Both the position numbers and the translations under genes were made by a program. Positions 19,262 through 27,953 of a stretch of DNA of 64,000 nucleotides are shown in pieces (the first letter of the stretch is position 1; each line of letters begins with the position of its first letter). Source of the stretch: Pseudanabaenales cyanobacterium (GTDB lineage: Bacteria > Cyanobacteriota > Cyanobacteriia > Pseudanabaenales > Pseudanabaenaceae); assembly GCA_038215315.1 (NCBI GenBank), contig JBBQRB010000001.1, positions 3,999 to 67,998 of the forward strand, in the 5' to 3' direction. Under the pieces are notes generated by a model. The model saw only the letters and a list, made by a program, of their open reading frames with translations, was not told where the DNA came from and made no database searches.

Positions 19262-20755
19262 GTGGAACCCAGAAACCTTTCATCGCCTGACGTTAATGCC
19301 AAAAGCCGAGAAGCACGTCTAAACAAGTTGCGCGATCGCCGCAATCGGTCGGTGACAAACATCAACGATGCAGTTCTGCGTCCAGATAATCTTGAATCGA
19401 GAGTCCGATTTGAAGGGCGCAACCTAGACAATAGGGTAAGACCTCTACCAAACCGACAAGGACGCATTGAGACTCGCCCAGAAAATCGCCCAGAAAATCG
19501 CCAAGAGCTGCGCCCTATTGCCGATGTTTCCAGACTGGAACCAAAAGCGAAGAAAAAATCTGGTAATGGCAATCCACGCTCAGGCAAGCTCAACCATAAA
19601 CCTCTTGGCTGGCAAATTCTACGTTTAGCGATCGCGGGTATTGGTTTAAGCGTAATTGCGGGAACAGCACTCTCTTTTTGGCAAAATCAACAGCAGCAGC
19701 TAAGTCAAGCTACTAATAATGGTGCTGAAGTAGCCGCTGAAGCGAAAGATCCTGCTGAGCAAGAACTCGTCCCTCTAGAGCTAAAAACTGAAGCAACCTC
19801 ACTGATAACAAAACTAAAAGAACTAGCGGCTACCCAAAAGGATCTCGCCATGCAAATGATGGTGGTCGATCTTGACTCTGGCACTTACGCTCAGATTGGG
19901 GCAAACCAGAAGATCGCTGCCGCAAGTACGATCAAAACTCCTTTGCTGATTGCTTTTTTGCAAGATGTTGATGCTGGCAAAATCAAGCTTGATGAACCGC
20001 TCGAAATATCTGAGGATGTGATAGTAGGTGAAGCTGGCGAGTTTCAGCTTTTACCTGTCGGTACAAAAAAGACAGCCTTAGAAACTGCTACCGAAATGAT
20101 TGTGATTAGTGACAACACTGCCACCAACATGATCATCAAGCGCCTAGGTGGATTCGCGGTAGTTAATCAGCGCTTTAAGTCGTGGGGATTGAACAATATT
20201 GTATTGAACAGTAATCTGCCAGATTTAGAAGGCACAAATACTATCAGTACTCAAGACATGGTGACACTTTTATCGATGATCGATAAAGGTAAGTTAATTG
20301 CCCCGCGTAGCCGCGATCGCTTTATAGATATTATGAGTCGCCCAATCACAAACACTCTGTTACCCCAAGGAATTGGCGCGAATGCTCGTATTTTTCATAA
20401 GACTGGTGATATTGGTTTAGCTGTTGGCGATGCGGGGATTGTCGATATGCCCAACGGTAAACGCTACGCGATCGCGGTGATGGTCAAGCGCCCAAATAAT
20501 GATCAGAGTGCAAATGAATTAATTCGTCAGATTTCGCGGACAACTTATGACTATTTTCTCAATGGCGGTAAGTTGCCAGCAGATGCGACTAACGGCACTG
20601 AACCTAATAACTCAGCAGCTCCAGAAAATCCAGAAAGAGGCGGCAGTACGTTAATTGAAAATATTTCGATTCCCCTGCCTAATGCATCTCCCAATCCAGC
20701 ATCTAGTGATGATCCAAGTTTGAGTCCTCCCGAAGTAACTCGTCAAGCTCAATAA
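19262..20755 (+). CDS. Class A beta-lactamase-like serine hydrolase (PBP-A type), membrane anchored
   Basis: AASTIK (SxxK), SDN, HKTG motifs; TM segment; start uncertain (GTG 19262). Confidence 0.85.
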   Translation: MEPRNLSSPDVNAKSREARLNKLRDRRNRSVTNINDAVLRPDNLESRVRFEGRNLDNRVRPLPNRQGRIETRPENRPENRQELRPIADVSRLEPKAKKKSGNGNPRSGKLNHKPLGWQILRLAIAGIGLSVIAGTALSFWQNQQQQLSQATNNGAEVAAEAKDPAEQELVPLELKTEATSLITKLKELAATQKDLAMQMMVVDLDSGTYAQIGANQKIAAASTIKTPLLIAFLQDVDAGKIKLDEPLEISEDVIVGEAGEFQLLPVGTKKTALETATEMIVISDNTATNMIIKRLGGFAVVNQRFKSWGLNNIVLNSNLPDLEGTNTISTQDMVTLLSMIDKGKLIAPRSRDRFIDIMSRPITNTLLPQGIGANARIFHKTGDIGLAVGDAGIVDMPNGKRYAIAVMVKRPNNDQSANELIRQISRTTYDYFLNGGKLPADATNGTEPNNSAAPENPERGGSTLIENISIPLPNASPNPASSDDPSLSPPEVTRQAQ

Positions 20756-20763
20756 AAGTACAA

Positions 20764-20796
20764 ATAAAAAAGTGGCGCTCTGCGCCACTTTTTTAT
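20764..20796. terminator. Bidirectional terminator-like hairpin between convergent genes
   Basis: ATAAAAAAGTGGCGC-TCT-GCGCCACTTTTTTAT, with A/T tracts on both sides. Confidence 0.7.
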
Positions 20797-21362
20797 GGAA
20801 CTTGCTTACCGTGATCCATTGGCTGTGAAATATCAGGTTGCGGTTCTGAGATCGGGGAAGTGCGATCGCTGCTAATGCTGTTGTGGGGTAGAGGCTGACC
20901 TGCGATCGCGGCTTCAATATTTTCTGCCATAATCGCGCGGGGAACTGCGCCTGTAGTATCACCAATCACTTGATTCGCGCTATCTAAAAAAATAAAGCGC
21001 GGAATTCCGTCTACATGATATTTAGTTACTTCTGGCAACCATTTTGTATTGTCCACATTTAACATTACAAAATTCAGGCGATCGCCATACTCTAGTTCTA
21101 GGGACAGGTTATCTGCTGCCATCGATTGACAGCTACTACACCAATCTGCATAAAACTCGATCGCCGTTGGCTGGTTGTTGGCGATCGCTTGATCAATGGG
21201 TATAGCGGCGGCGGCTACAGCATCTAGGGATATCGAGTTGCGCTGAGTTTGAATACCGAAGAATAAAGCTGTAGTTAATAAAATTGCGGCGATCGCTACC
21301 AATAAGTTTCTCAACCGATTAGCGCTTGCAGGTATTGCTGAGTCTTGGTTTGGGGAATTCAT
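20793..21362 (-). CDS. txlA: Thylakoid thioredoxin-like protein (TxlA/HCF164 family)
   Basis: TM; EFYADWCSSC; FVMLNVDNTKW; VDGIP. Confidence 0.85.
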   Translation of the reverse strand: MNSPNQDSAIPASANRLRNLLVAIAAILLTTALFFGIQTQRNSISLDAVAAAAIPIDQAIANNQPTAIEFYADWCSSCQSMAADNLSLELEYGDRLNFVMLNVDNTKWLPEVTKYHVDGIPRFIFLDSANQVIGDTTGAVPRAIMAENIEAAIAGQPLPHNSISSDRTSPISEPQPDISQPMDHGKQVP

Positions 21363-21446
21363 AGTAAATATTTATTAAAAACAAGCCAACAAAACCTAAA
21401 GAAGCCAATCCGCACGCAAAGCGGGCGAATTAGCTTCTTTAGGTTT

Positions 21447-21560
21447 TATAGCTGTTGCCAGTCTTGTTAGGACATAAAACCCAAAAGAGAGAGGCGGCGC
21501 GCCGCGCCGCCACCCTCTTTTGAATTTTGATTTGTACTGATACAAGTAGCGACAGCTATA
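21447..21560. mobile_element. Full-length family-B MITE
   Basis: TATAGCTGTTGCCAGTCTTGTTAGGACATAAAACCCAAAAGAGAGAGGCGGCGC…TACAAGTAGCGACAGCTATA. Confidence 0.85.
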
Positions 21561-21609
21561 TTACTTTATGCTATTGCAATTCTAAATCGAAATTTTTGAG
21601 TAACTACGA

Positions 21610-23082
21610 ATGAGTAACTCTGCAAATTCCTTTGATCCTTCACAATACGATCTTACTCAGACTAAACTCACGCTCGGCGAAAAACTTGCCTATGGGACAG
21701 GAGACTTGGGTACAGCAATCACTACCAACCTGCTCTCATTCTTTTTACTGTTCTTTTTTACTAATGTTGCAGGGCTTGACCCCGCTCTCGCAGGCTTAGT
21801 ATTACTAATTGGCAAAGTTTTTGATGCCGTTAATGACCCAATTATTGGCGTACTCAGCGATCGCACTGAGTCAAAACTTGGGCGCAGACTGCCGTGGATG
21901 ATCTATGCAGCGATTCCCTTTGGGTTGTCTTTTTTTGCTCAGTGGCTTGTCCCTAGCAGCGACAAGATGGTTCTATTTTGGTATTACGTAGCGATCGGGA
22001 TTGTTTTTAATCTTTTTTTTACTGCCGTCAATCTGCCCTATACAGCGCTGACTCCTGAGATTACCCAAGACTATAACGAGCGCACTAGCCTAAATAGTTT
22101 TCGCTTTATGTTTTCCATTGGCGGCAGTATTGTTTCTCTATTTTTAGCCCAATTAATTTTTGCATTCTTTAAAGATCCTGCGCGACAGACCAGTGCTTGT
22201 GACACGGGTGGAGCGCAATATATTGCGCTCGGTGCAGCCTGTGCAATCATTTCGAGTATTTCCATCTATGCCTGTGTATGGGGAATTAAAAGAAGGGCGA
22301 TCGCTAGCGATCGGCAACGCATTCGCAACAAATCTCTCGAAGATAGTCAAGAACTAGGCATCATCGAGCAGCTCAAAATTGTGTTTAACAATCGTCCTTT
22401 TCTTTTTGTGATCGGGATTTACTTCTGCTCATGGCTCGCTCTACAAATTACGGCTTCCATAATTCCCTACTTTGTGGTCAATTGGATGAAGTTAAAAGAG
22501 AGTGACTTTATTATGGTGACGATCGCCGTTCAAGGTACTGCTCTAATAATGCTGCCTATATGGAGTGAAATTAGCAAAAAATTTGGCAAAAAGGCTGCCT
22601 ATTTTATGGGATCAGGAGTCTGGATTGTTGCCCAAGCGGGACTATTCTTCTTGCAGGAGGGACAGGTTGTGTTGTTGTATGCCTTCGCAATCATGGCGGG
22701 AGCGGGTATTTCCACGGCTTATCTGATTCCTTGGTCGATGATTCCCGATGTCACCGATCTTGATGAGCTAGAGACAGGGCAGCGCCGCGAAGGGATTTTC
22801 TATGCATTTATGGTGCTTTTGCAAAAGTTTGGATTAGCCGCAGGACTATTTTTGCTGGGTCAAGGGCTTGCCGTGGCTAAGTTTCAAGAAAATGTCGCCT
22901 GTCAACCCACGCCGATTCAGCCTGAATCAGCTCTATTTGCGATTCGTTTAGCGATCGGTCCTCTGCCCACGATCGCCTTGGTGATTGGTTTGGGACTAGC
23001 CTATTTCTATCCAATTACCCGTGAAGTACATACCGAAATTTTGATGCGTCTGCATCAAAAGCGGAGCCAAAGTAATCAATAA
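21610..23082 (+). CDS. MFS transporter, MelB/GPH family
   Basis: KLAYGTGD; DAVNDPIIGVLSDRT..GRRLPW; PWSMIPDV; RREGIFY. Confidence 0.9.
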   Translation: MSNSANSFDPSQYDLTQTKLTLGEKLAYGTGDLGTAITTNLLSFFLLFFFTNVAGLDPALAGLVLLIGKVFDAVNDPIIGVLSDRTESKLGRRLPWMIYAAIPFGLSFFAQWLVPSSDKMVLFWYYVAIGIVFNLFFTAVNLPYTALTPEITQDYNERTSLNSFRFMFSIGGSIVSLFLAQLIFAFFKDPARQTSACDTGGAQYIALGAACAIISSISIYACVWGIKRRAIASDRQRIRNKSLEDSQELGIIEQLKIVFNNRPFLFVIGIYFCSWLALQITASIIPYFVVNWMKLKESDFIMVTIAVQGTALIMLPIWSEISKKFGKKAAYFMGSGVWIVAQAGLFFLQEGQVVLLYAFAIMAGAGISTAYLIPWSMIPDVTDLDELETGQRREGIFYAFMVLLQKFGLAAGLFLLGQGLAVAKFQENVACQPTPIQPESALFAIRLAIGPLPTIALVIGLGLAYFYPITREVHTEILMRLHQKRSQSNQ

Positions 23083-23201
23083 GGGCGCTAAGCGCCCTTA
23101 TTGATTCTCAGTAAATAAATCAAAGCCGAAAAGAGAGAGGCGGCGCGGTGCGCCGCCTCTCTCTTTTCGGCTTTATGCCAGCGCAAAGCGCTGTGGCTAT
23201 A
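23074..23201. repeat. Two perfect palindromes between convergent genes; the first overlaps the MFS stop
   Basis: AATCAATAAGGGCGC-TAA-GCGCCCTTATTGATT; AAAGCCGAAAAGAGAGAGGCGGCGC-GGT-GCGCCGCCTCTCTCTTTTCGGCTTT. Confidence 0.85.
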
Positions 23202-23204
23202 CAA

Positions 23205-25841
23205 TCACTTTGATAAAGAAATTAAAGCCTCGACTTTACTAACCAGCTCATTAGTGGCAAAGCCTTTAGTCAAGTAATCAGTCGCACCAAGACGTTCAGT
23301 TTCCTTTGACCATTCCTCAGCAAGACGCGATGAGATCACCAAGATTGGCATCGTCAAACCCATTTGGCGACAACGATCAATTAGGGTGAAACCATCCATC
23401 CGCGGCATCTCAATATCAGTAATCAGTAAAGCAGGTTGTGAATGTTGCTGTAGCCACTGCCAAGCATCCATACCATCGTCACAGGTGACTACTTCATAAC
23501 CTTGCGGAGTCAGGGCACTCTCAATGCGCCGCCGCATCAACGCCGCATCATCAACCACTACGATCTGGCGATCGCTAGATGCATCCAACAATGGAGCAGA
23601 TTGAGAGCTGGAAGTGATTAATAAATCAACCTCAGTGGAGAATAAAGCTTCCACAAACGAAAAGGCATCAATCACAGGAACTAGCTTACCGTCAGGCATT
23701 AAGCTCATACCAATCAAACCGATAGGAGCAATCAGCGGTGCAGGAATAGGCGTGACTAATAGTTCACTTTGTCCCAATAGATTATCCGCTAATAGCCAAA
23801 CTCCCAAACCACTGTCAACCTGCTTAGTCCGCACCGCAATTGAAGTCGGCAAAGGAGATCGGGTTTCTACTTGACCACTCCAATATTGAGATAGGTCGAT
23901 CGCAGGAATAAATTTTTCATTTTCTTGCACCTCAATCGTATAGTCGGCGCGATCCGTCATTTGCCAAAGTAAACTCTCAACTAGGGTAGTTGTATAAATC
24001 TCGGTGGTGGGCACAGCGAAGGTGCGATCGCCAGATTGCAGCATCATACAGCGCACAAACAGGTGAGGCACAGGAATCTGAATAATAAATGCAGTACCTT
24101 TACCAACTTGAGAAACTAGATTCATCTTGCCATTCATCATCGCCACTTGACTGGCGACTACATCCATACCCACGCCCCTTCCAGAAATATCGCTGACAGC
24201 CGTAGCGGAAGTGAATCCCGATTGGCAAAGTACATTTAACAAACGCTCAGAAGTACTGGTATCAGTCAGGGGTAATCCTTTGTTTTTGGCAATTTGACTG
24301 ACGCGTTCAGGATTAATCCCGCGACCATCATCGCGAATACTGAGTTCAAATACACTGCCCCGCCGATTGAGCGCTAGCTCTATTTTCCCCTGTGCAGGTT
24401 TACCTGATTGCGCTCGCTGATCAGCTTCTTCGATACCATGATCGTAGGAATTACGCAGTAGGTGCAGCAGCAATGGCTCTAGGCTCCGTAATGTGCCAGC
24501 ATCAAGCTCTAGTTTTTCACCAATAATTGTAAATTGCACCATTTTGCCCATCCGACTCATCAGATCTCGTAAAATCCCTCTTGATCTAAATGCCAAAGAT
24601 TCAAAGGGAACTAGCCGACTTTCTTCTATGGTCTGTTGGAGATTGCGAAGGCTGCGATCAAGGATTTGGATGCTATCGGCAGTACGTCTAGCTGATTCGC
24701 CTGTTTCCGAACCTAGTTCAATTAATCGCAAACTAATTTCTAGCAGACGATTAATCGCCGTATAACCCTGTCGATAGCGTTCCACCTTCAGTCCATCTTG
24801 TTTGCCTGAGTCATCCAAAAGGGCGTAGTCATCTTGGACTTCCCGTAGCTGGGTGATGTACTGGACACTATTTTGAGCAAGGGAAACTAGGGGCAGCAGG
24901 TTAGAGTAGACCGACTCATAAAAACCTTGCGTAGCGCGAGTTGCCATCAGAGTTTCTACTAAATATTGTGACGATCGCTCTAGGCGCTCAAGTGGCACAG
25001 GTATCTGCACATCGGCGGTTGTCGGTGCGGGAATATTGATCGCTTCTATATTTTCATTGCTAGTTGTCGATGCGATCGCCATATCTTCAACCACAGGCTC
25101 AACTGCAAAAACACCGCCTTGACGGGCGCTATCTTTCAGTTTTTTGAGCAATGGCATCCATTCGGCTCTCCACAGTTCACAGTCACGGTGGTCAAACAGT
25201 TCAGTCGTTTTTTGTTGCAAGAAACTCTGCCAAGTCTCCGACAAACTTATCTCTGCACCAATTTCTTGCAATTGAGTGATGGTTTGTTGGGCGATTTCCC
25301 ATGCTTCGTCAGATACTTCCCCCGATTCTGGCAGTTCTTCTACCATCATCTCTAGATCAAGCATCACTAAGTCAAAGCCTTGGTCGGCAAACTCTTGCTG
25401 CACCTGTCGCATTTCGTTCCATTCAGGCAGATAATCACTCTGAATGCGATCGCGTAGGTTTTGAATATACTTTACAGCCGCTTCTGCATCTTGGCTTTCC
25501 CCCATTTGCACTGCGCCGATCAGCAACTCTCCTGATTCAATGAGAGCTTTTGATAGCTCACCATCGGCTAAGGGAGGGGCAACATCAAGGTAACGAAGAT
25601 CCGATAGCAGATCTTCTAGTATTGTTGCCACTTTGAGAACTGATTGAAATCCTACAGTTACCGAGCCACCCTTGATCGTATGCACACAGCGGTAAAGCTG
25701 CTGAATATCCTGTCGCCAATTAGGAGCATTTAGCTGGCTAACGGTCTGCACATAGAGCTGTAAGTCTTTCTGCGTATCTATTGCAAATAGAACCTTCAGT
25801 TCATCTTGTAGCTGGGAATCGTCAAAGTCAGAGTTCGCCAT
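23205..25841 (-). CDS. CheA-like hybrid histidine kinase (Hpt-HATPase-CheW-REC)
   Basis: VHTIKG Hpt; RNSYDHGIE, DDGRGI, SGRGVGMDVV; CheW-like P5; REC domain (VDD…TDIEMPRMDG…K). Confidence 0.93.
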   Translation of the reverse strand: MANSDFDDSQLQDELKVLFAIDTQKDLQLYVQTVSQLNAPNWRQDIQQLYRCVHTIKGGSVTVGFQSVLKVATILEDLLSDLRYLDVAPPLADGELSKALIESGELLIGAVQMGESQDAEAAVKYIQNLRDRIQSDYLPEWNEMRQVQQEFADQGFDLVMLDLEMMVEELPESGEVSDEAWEIAQQTITQLQEIGAEISLSETWQSFLQQKTTELFDHRDCELWRAEWMPLLKKLKDSARQGGVFAVEPVVEDMAIASTTSNENIEAINIPAPTTADVQIPVPLERLERSSQYLVETLMATRATQGFYESVYSNLLPLVSLAQNSVQYITQLREVQDDYALLDDSGKQDGLKVERYRQGYTAINRLLEISLRLIELGSETGESARRTADSIQILDRSLRNLQQTIEESRLVPFESLAFRSRGILRDLMSRMGKMVQFTIIGEKLELDAGTLRSLEPLLLHLLRNSYDHGIEEADQRAQSGKPAQGKIELALNRRGSVFELSIRDDGRGINPERVSQIAKNKGLPLTDTSTSERLLNVLCQSGFTSATAVSDISGRGVGMDVVASQVAMMNGKMNLVSQVGKGTAFIIQIPVPHLFVRCMMLQSGDRTFAVPTTEIYTTTLVESLLWQMTDRADYTIEVQENEKFIPAIDLSQYWSGQVETRSPLPTSIAVRTKQVDSGLGVWLLADNLLGQSELLVTPIPAPLIAPIGLIGMSLMPDGKLVPVIDAFSFVEALFSTEVDLLITSSSQSAPLLDASSDRQIVVVDDAALMRRRIESALTPQGYEVVTCDDGMDAWQWLQQHSQPALLITDIEMPRMDGFTLIDRCRQMGLTMPILVISSRLAEEWSKETERLGATDYLTKGFATNELVSKVEALISLSK

Positions 25842-25881
25842 TATTGCACTGTCATCGTTTCACTAGCAAAATTTTACATAC

Positions 25882-25986
25882 TAAGTAGGCAAGCATAATT
25901 AAAACCAAAACCCAGAAGGCTGTAGCGCACGCGCAGTGTGCGCTACAGCTTTTTGGGTTTTAAGGTTTCTTTTGCCCATCTACTTA
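25882..25986. mobile_element. Full-length family-A MITE; terminal TTA is the MCP stop codon
   Basis: TAAGTAGGCAAGCATAATT…GCTGTAGCGCACGCGCAGTGTGCGCTACAGC…CCATCTACTTA. Confidence 0.85.
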
Positions 25987-27618
25987 CAGATCGCTGCCAA
26001 TGGCGATTGGTGTGCCATCCACATCAATCGATTCCATTTCTTCAAGCTCTGTAATGTCGGATTGGCTGAGCGCCGGCAACCGAAAGAACTGTACTCTTTC
26101 TAGTAGCTGACGCGCTAACATCCCCATCTTCCCTGATTGGTCGCGGGTGAACTGGGCTTGAGAAGCAGAACGTTCGGCGATCGCTTCAATATCTTGAATC
26201 GACGACAAGCTAAACTTAACCGCCTCAGCAATTGAGCGCGAAGAATCAGTTACCGAGATGCCAATTTCAGCCAATTCTTCGGTCACGGTGGAGATGTTAG
26301 TAAATGTCTGCTCAGAGCTATCAACGCTATTAGTAAAGTCAGCCACTAGACTATTAACGTCGCGCACATCTTGATCAATACCTGAAACCACCACATCCAC
26401 AAATCCTGTGCGTTGTTGTAGGGTGATTAGTCCTTGATTAGTTTGAGTTGCCAAAGTGTTTACCTGAGTAGCGATCGCTTCAAACTCTCTAGCCACAGAC
26501 ACAAACTGCTCAGGATCTCGCTGCTCTAAAGCTCTTACCGCCACCATTGAGGCATTGGTAGCCAAAACCTGAGTTAGGGAAGCTAGCCGTTTTTGGTCGG
26601 TAACAAACTGCTTGGCTAGGGCGACGAACTCACCGAGATTTCTAATTCGCTGCACCATCTGCACTGTTGCCGCCTGTAGCGACTCAATCGAAGCCGTCAA
26701 GTAAATAATTTGCTCTTCCCCCTGACGCACGGCGGAGCGTACCCTCTGCACAGCTTTGTTGGCGGCGATCGCCTGTTGAGCCGCATTTTCCGCTAGTTTG
26801 TCCACATCTTCAATACCCAGACGAGCCTGTACCACTAAGCCTTCTTGCTGTTGTGCATTTTGGGACACAGCGATCGATAACTGCTCAAGGCGATTGGTAC
26901 GCAATGTTACCTGCTGTGCGGTTTGCAACACAGCCGCTAGTACTTCCGCAAGCTGCTCTGACAATCGATTAAGCGTATCGGCAATTAGTCCCGTAGCATG
27001 GGGACTAACCTCAGCTTTTGCGGTGAGATCCCCCATCTCTAGCTCAGATACCACATCCAGCAAATGCGAAATTTCATCTTGGAAGATATCATTTTGCATT
27101 TCGGCTTCCACCTTAGCCTCAGACTGCTTCAGCTCATTTTGAGCCAGATTTGTAGTCATCAGATCAAATACATCTGCTAGTTTGCCCACTTCATCTTTGG
27201 CTCCAACTTGGACTGTCGCCGTAAAGTCACCCGTCGCAAATTGTCGAGCGATCGCCTCTAGCTGTCGGATTCTCTTGCTAATCGTACTACCGATAAACAG
27301 TCCAAATAGCGAACTAAGTACGATCAAGACAAATCCCAACCCAAATACAAATAGGGTAGCTGTCAGTAGTTGACTTTTTGCTTCTACAGAAACAATTGGG
27401 GCAAGGCTGTTATTTAGATACAGGGCAGCGATCGCAAAACTAATTAGGGATAAAAAACTAGTTGAACAGATCGCGTACAAAATCTTCACACTAATTGGCA
27501 GATTATTAAGCCAATTGCTTTGATTAGAATTTTGCCTAGATTTGGGGGAAGCAACAGCAGCCTTCTTGCTTTTCTTCCCACTAGATTTTTTTCGTAAAGA
27601 AGCAGATTTATTCGCCAT
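25984..27618 (-). CDS. Methyl-accepting chemotaxis-like protein (2 TM, HAMP, divergent signalling domain)
   Basis: Two TM segments; HAMP (GDFTATV…DEVGKLA..F..M); heptad coiled coil; adjacent to cheA. Confidence 0.85.
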   Translation of the reverse strand: MANKSASLRKKSSGKKSKKAAVASPKSRQNSNQSNWLNNLPISVKILYAICSTSFLSLISFAIAALYLNNSLAPIVSVEAKSQLLTATLFVFGLGFVLIVLSSLFGLFIGSTISKRIRQLEAIARQFATGDFTATVQVGAKDEVGKLADVFDLMTTNLAQNELKQSEAKVEAEMQNDIFQDEISHLLDVVSELEMGDLTAKAEVSPHATGLIADTLNRLSEQLAEVLAAVLQTAQQVTLRTNRLEQLSIAVSQNAQQQEGLVVQARLGIEDVDKLAENAAQQAIAANKAVQRVRSAVRQGEEQIIYLTASIESLQAATVQMVQRIRNLGEFVALAKQFVTDQKRLASLTQVLATNASMVAVRALEQRDPEQFVSVAREFEAIATQVNTLATQTNQGLITLQQRTGFVDVVVSGIDQDVRDVNSLVADFTNSVDSSEQTFTNISTVTEELAEIGISVTDSSRSIAEAVKFSLSSIQDIEAIAERSASQAQFTRDQSGKMGMLARQLLERVQFFRLPALSQSDITELEEMESIDVDGTPIAIGSDL

Positions 27619-27889
27619 ATCTTTCTACACTAAGGAATAGCTACAGTCTTTTGCAAGCAAGAGAAATATAAGAGGTTTGGGACTATAGCAACGAAATACT
27701 ATAGATTTGTGATGGTGAAATCAAGCGATAAAACTATTAATTCTGATTATAAAAATCGGTTTTTTGAAAGCCTACCTTAAGTGGGCTTTCAAAAATCGGT
27801 TTCATAATAAAAATCCTTGCCTAACAACATACATCCTTGTGTTGCTTTGCTTGAGTGCGCTTTGCGACAATGCTCAATATTTTTACGTT

Positions 27890-27953
27890 AAAACCCAAAA
27901 AGCTGTGGCGCACGCTGCGCGTGCGCCACAGCTTTTTGGGTTTTAGCTACCTA
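27890..27953. mobile_element. Family-A palindrome abutting the stop of the WD40 gene
   Basis: AAAACCCAAAAAGCTGTGGCGCACGCTGCGCGTGCGCCACAGCTTTTTGGGTTTT. Confidence 0.85.

Noticed and set aside
19175-20755. Beta-lactam resistance module (BlaI/BlaR-like pair plus class A beta-lactamase-like gene)
   Set aside because: The pair matches copper-responsive PetR/PetP and is unlinked, and the hydrolase is a membrane-anchored PBP-A type.
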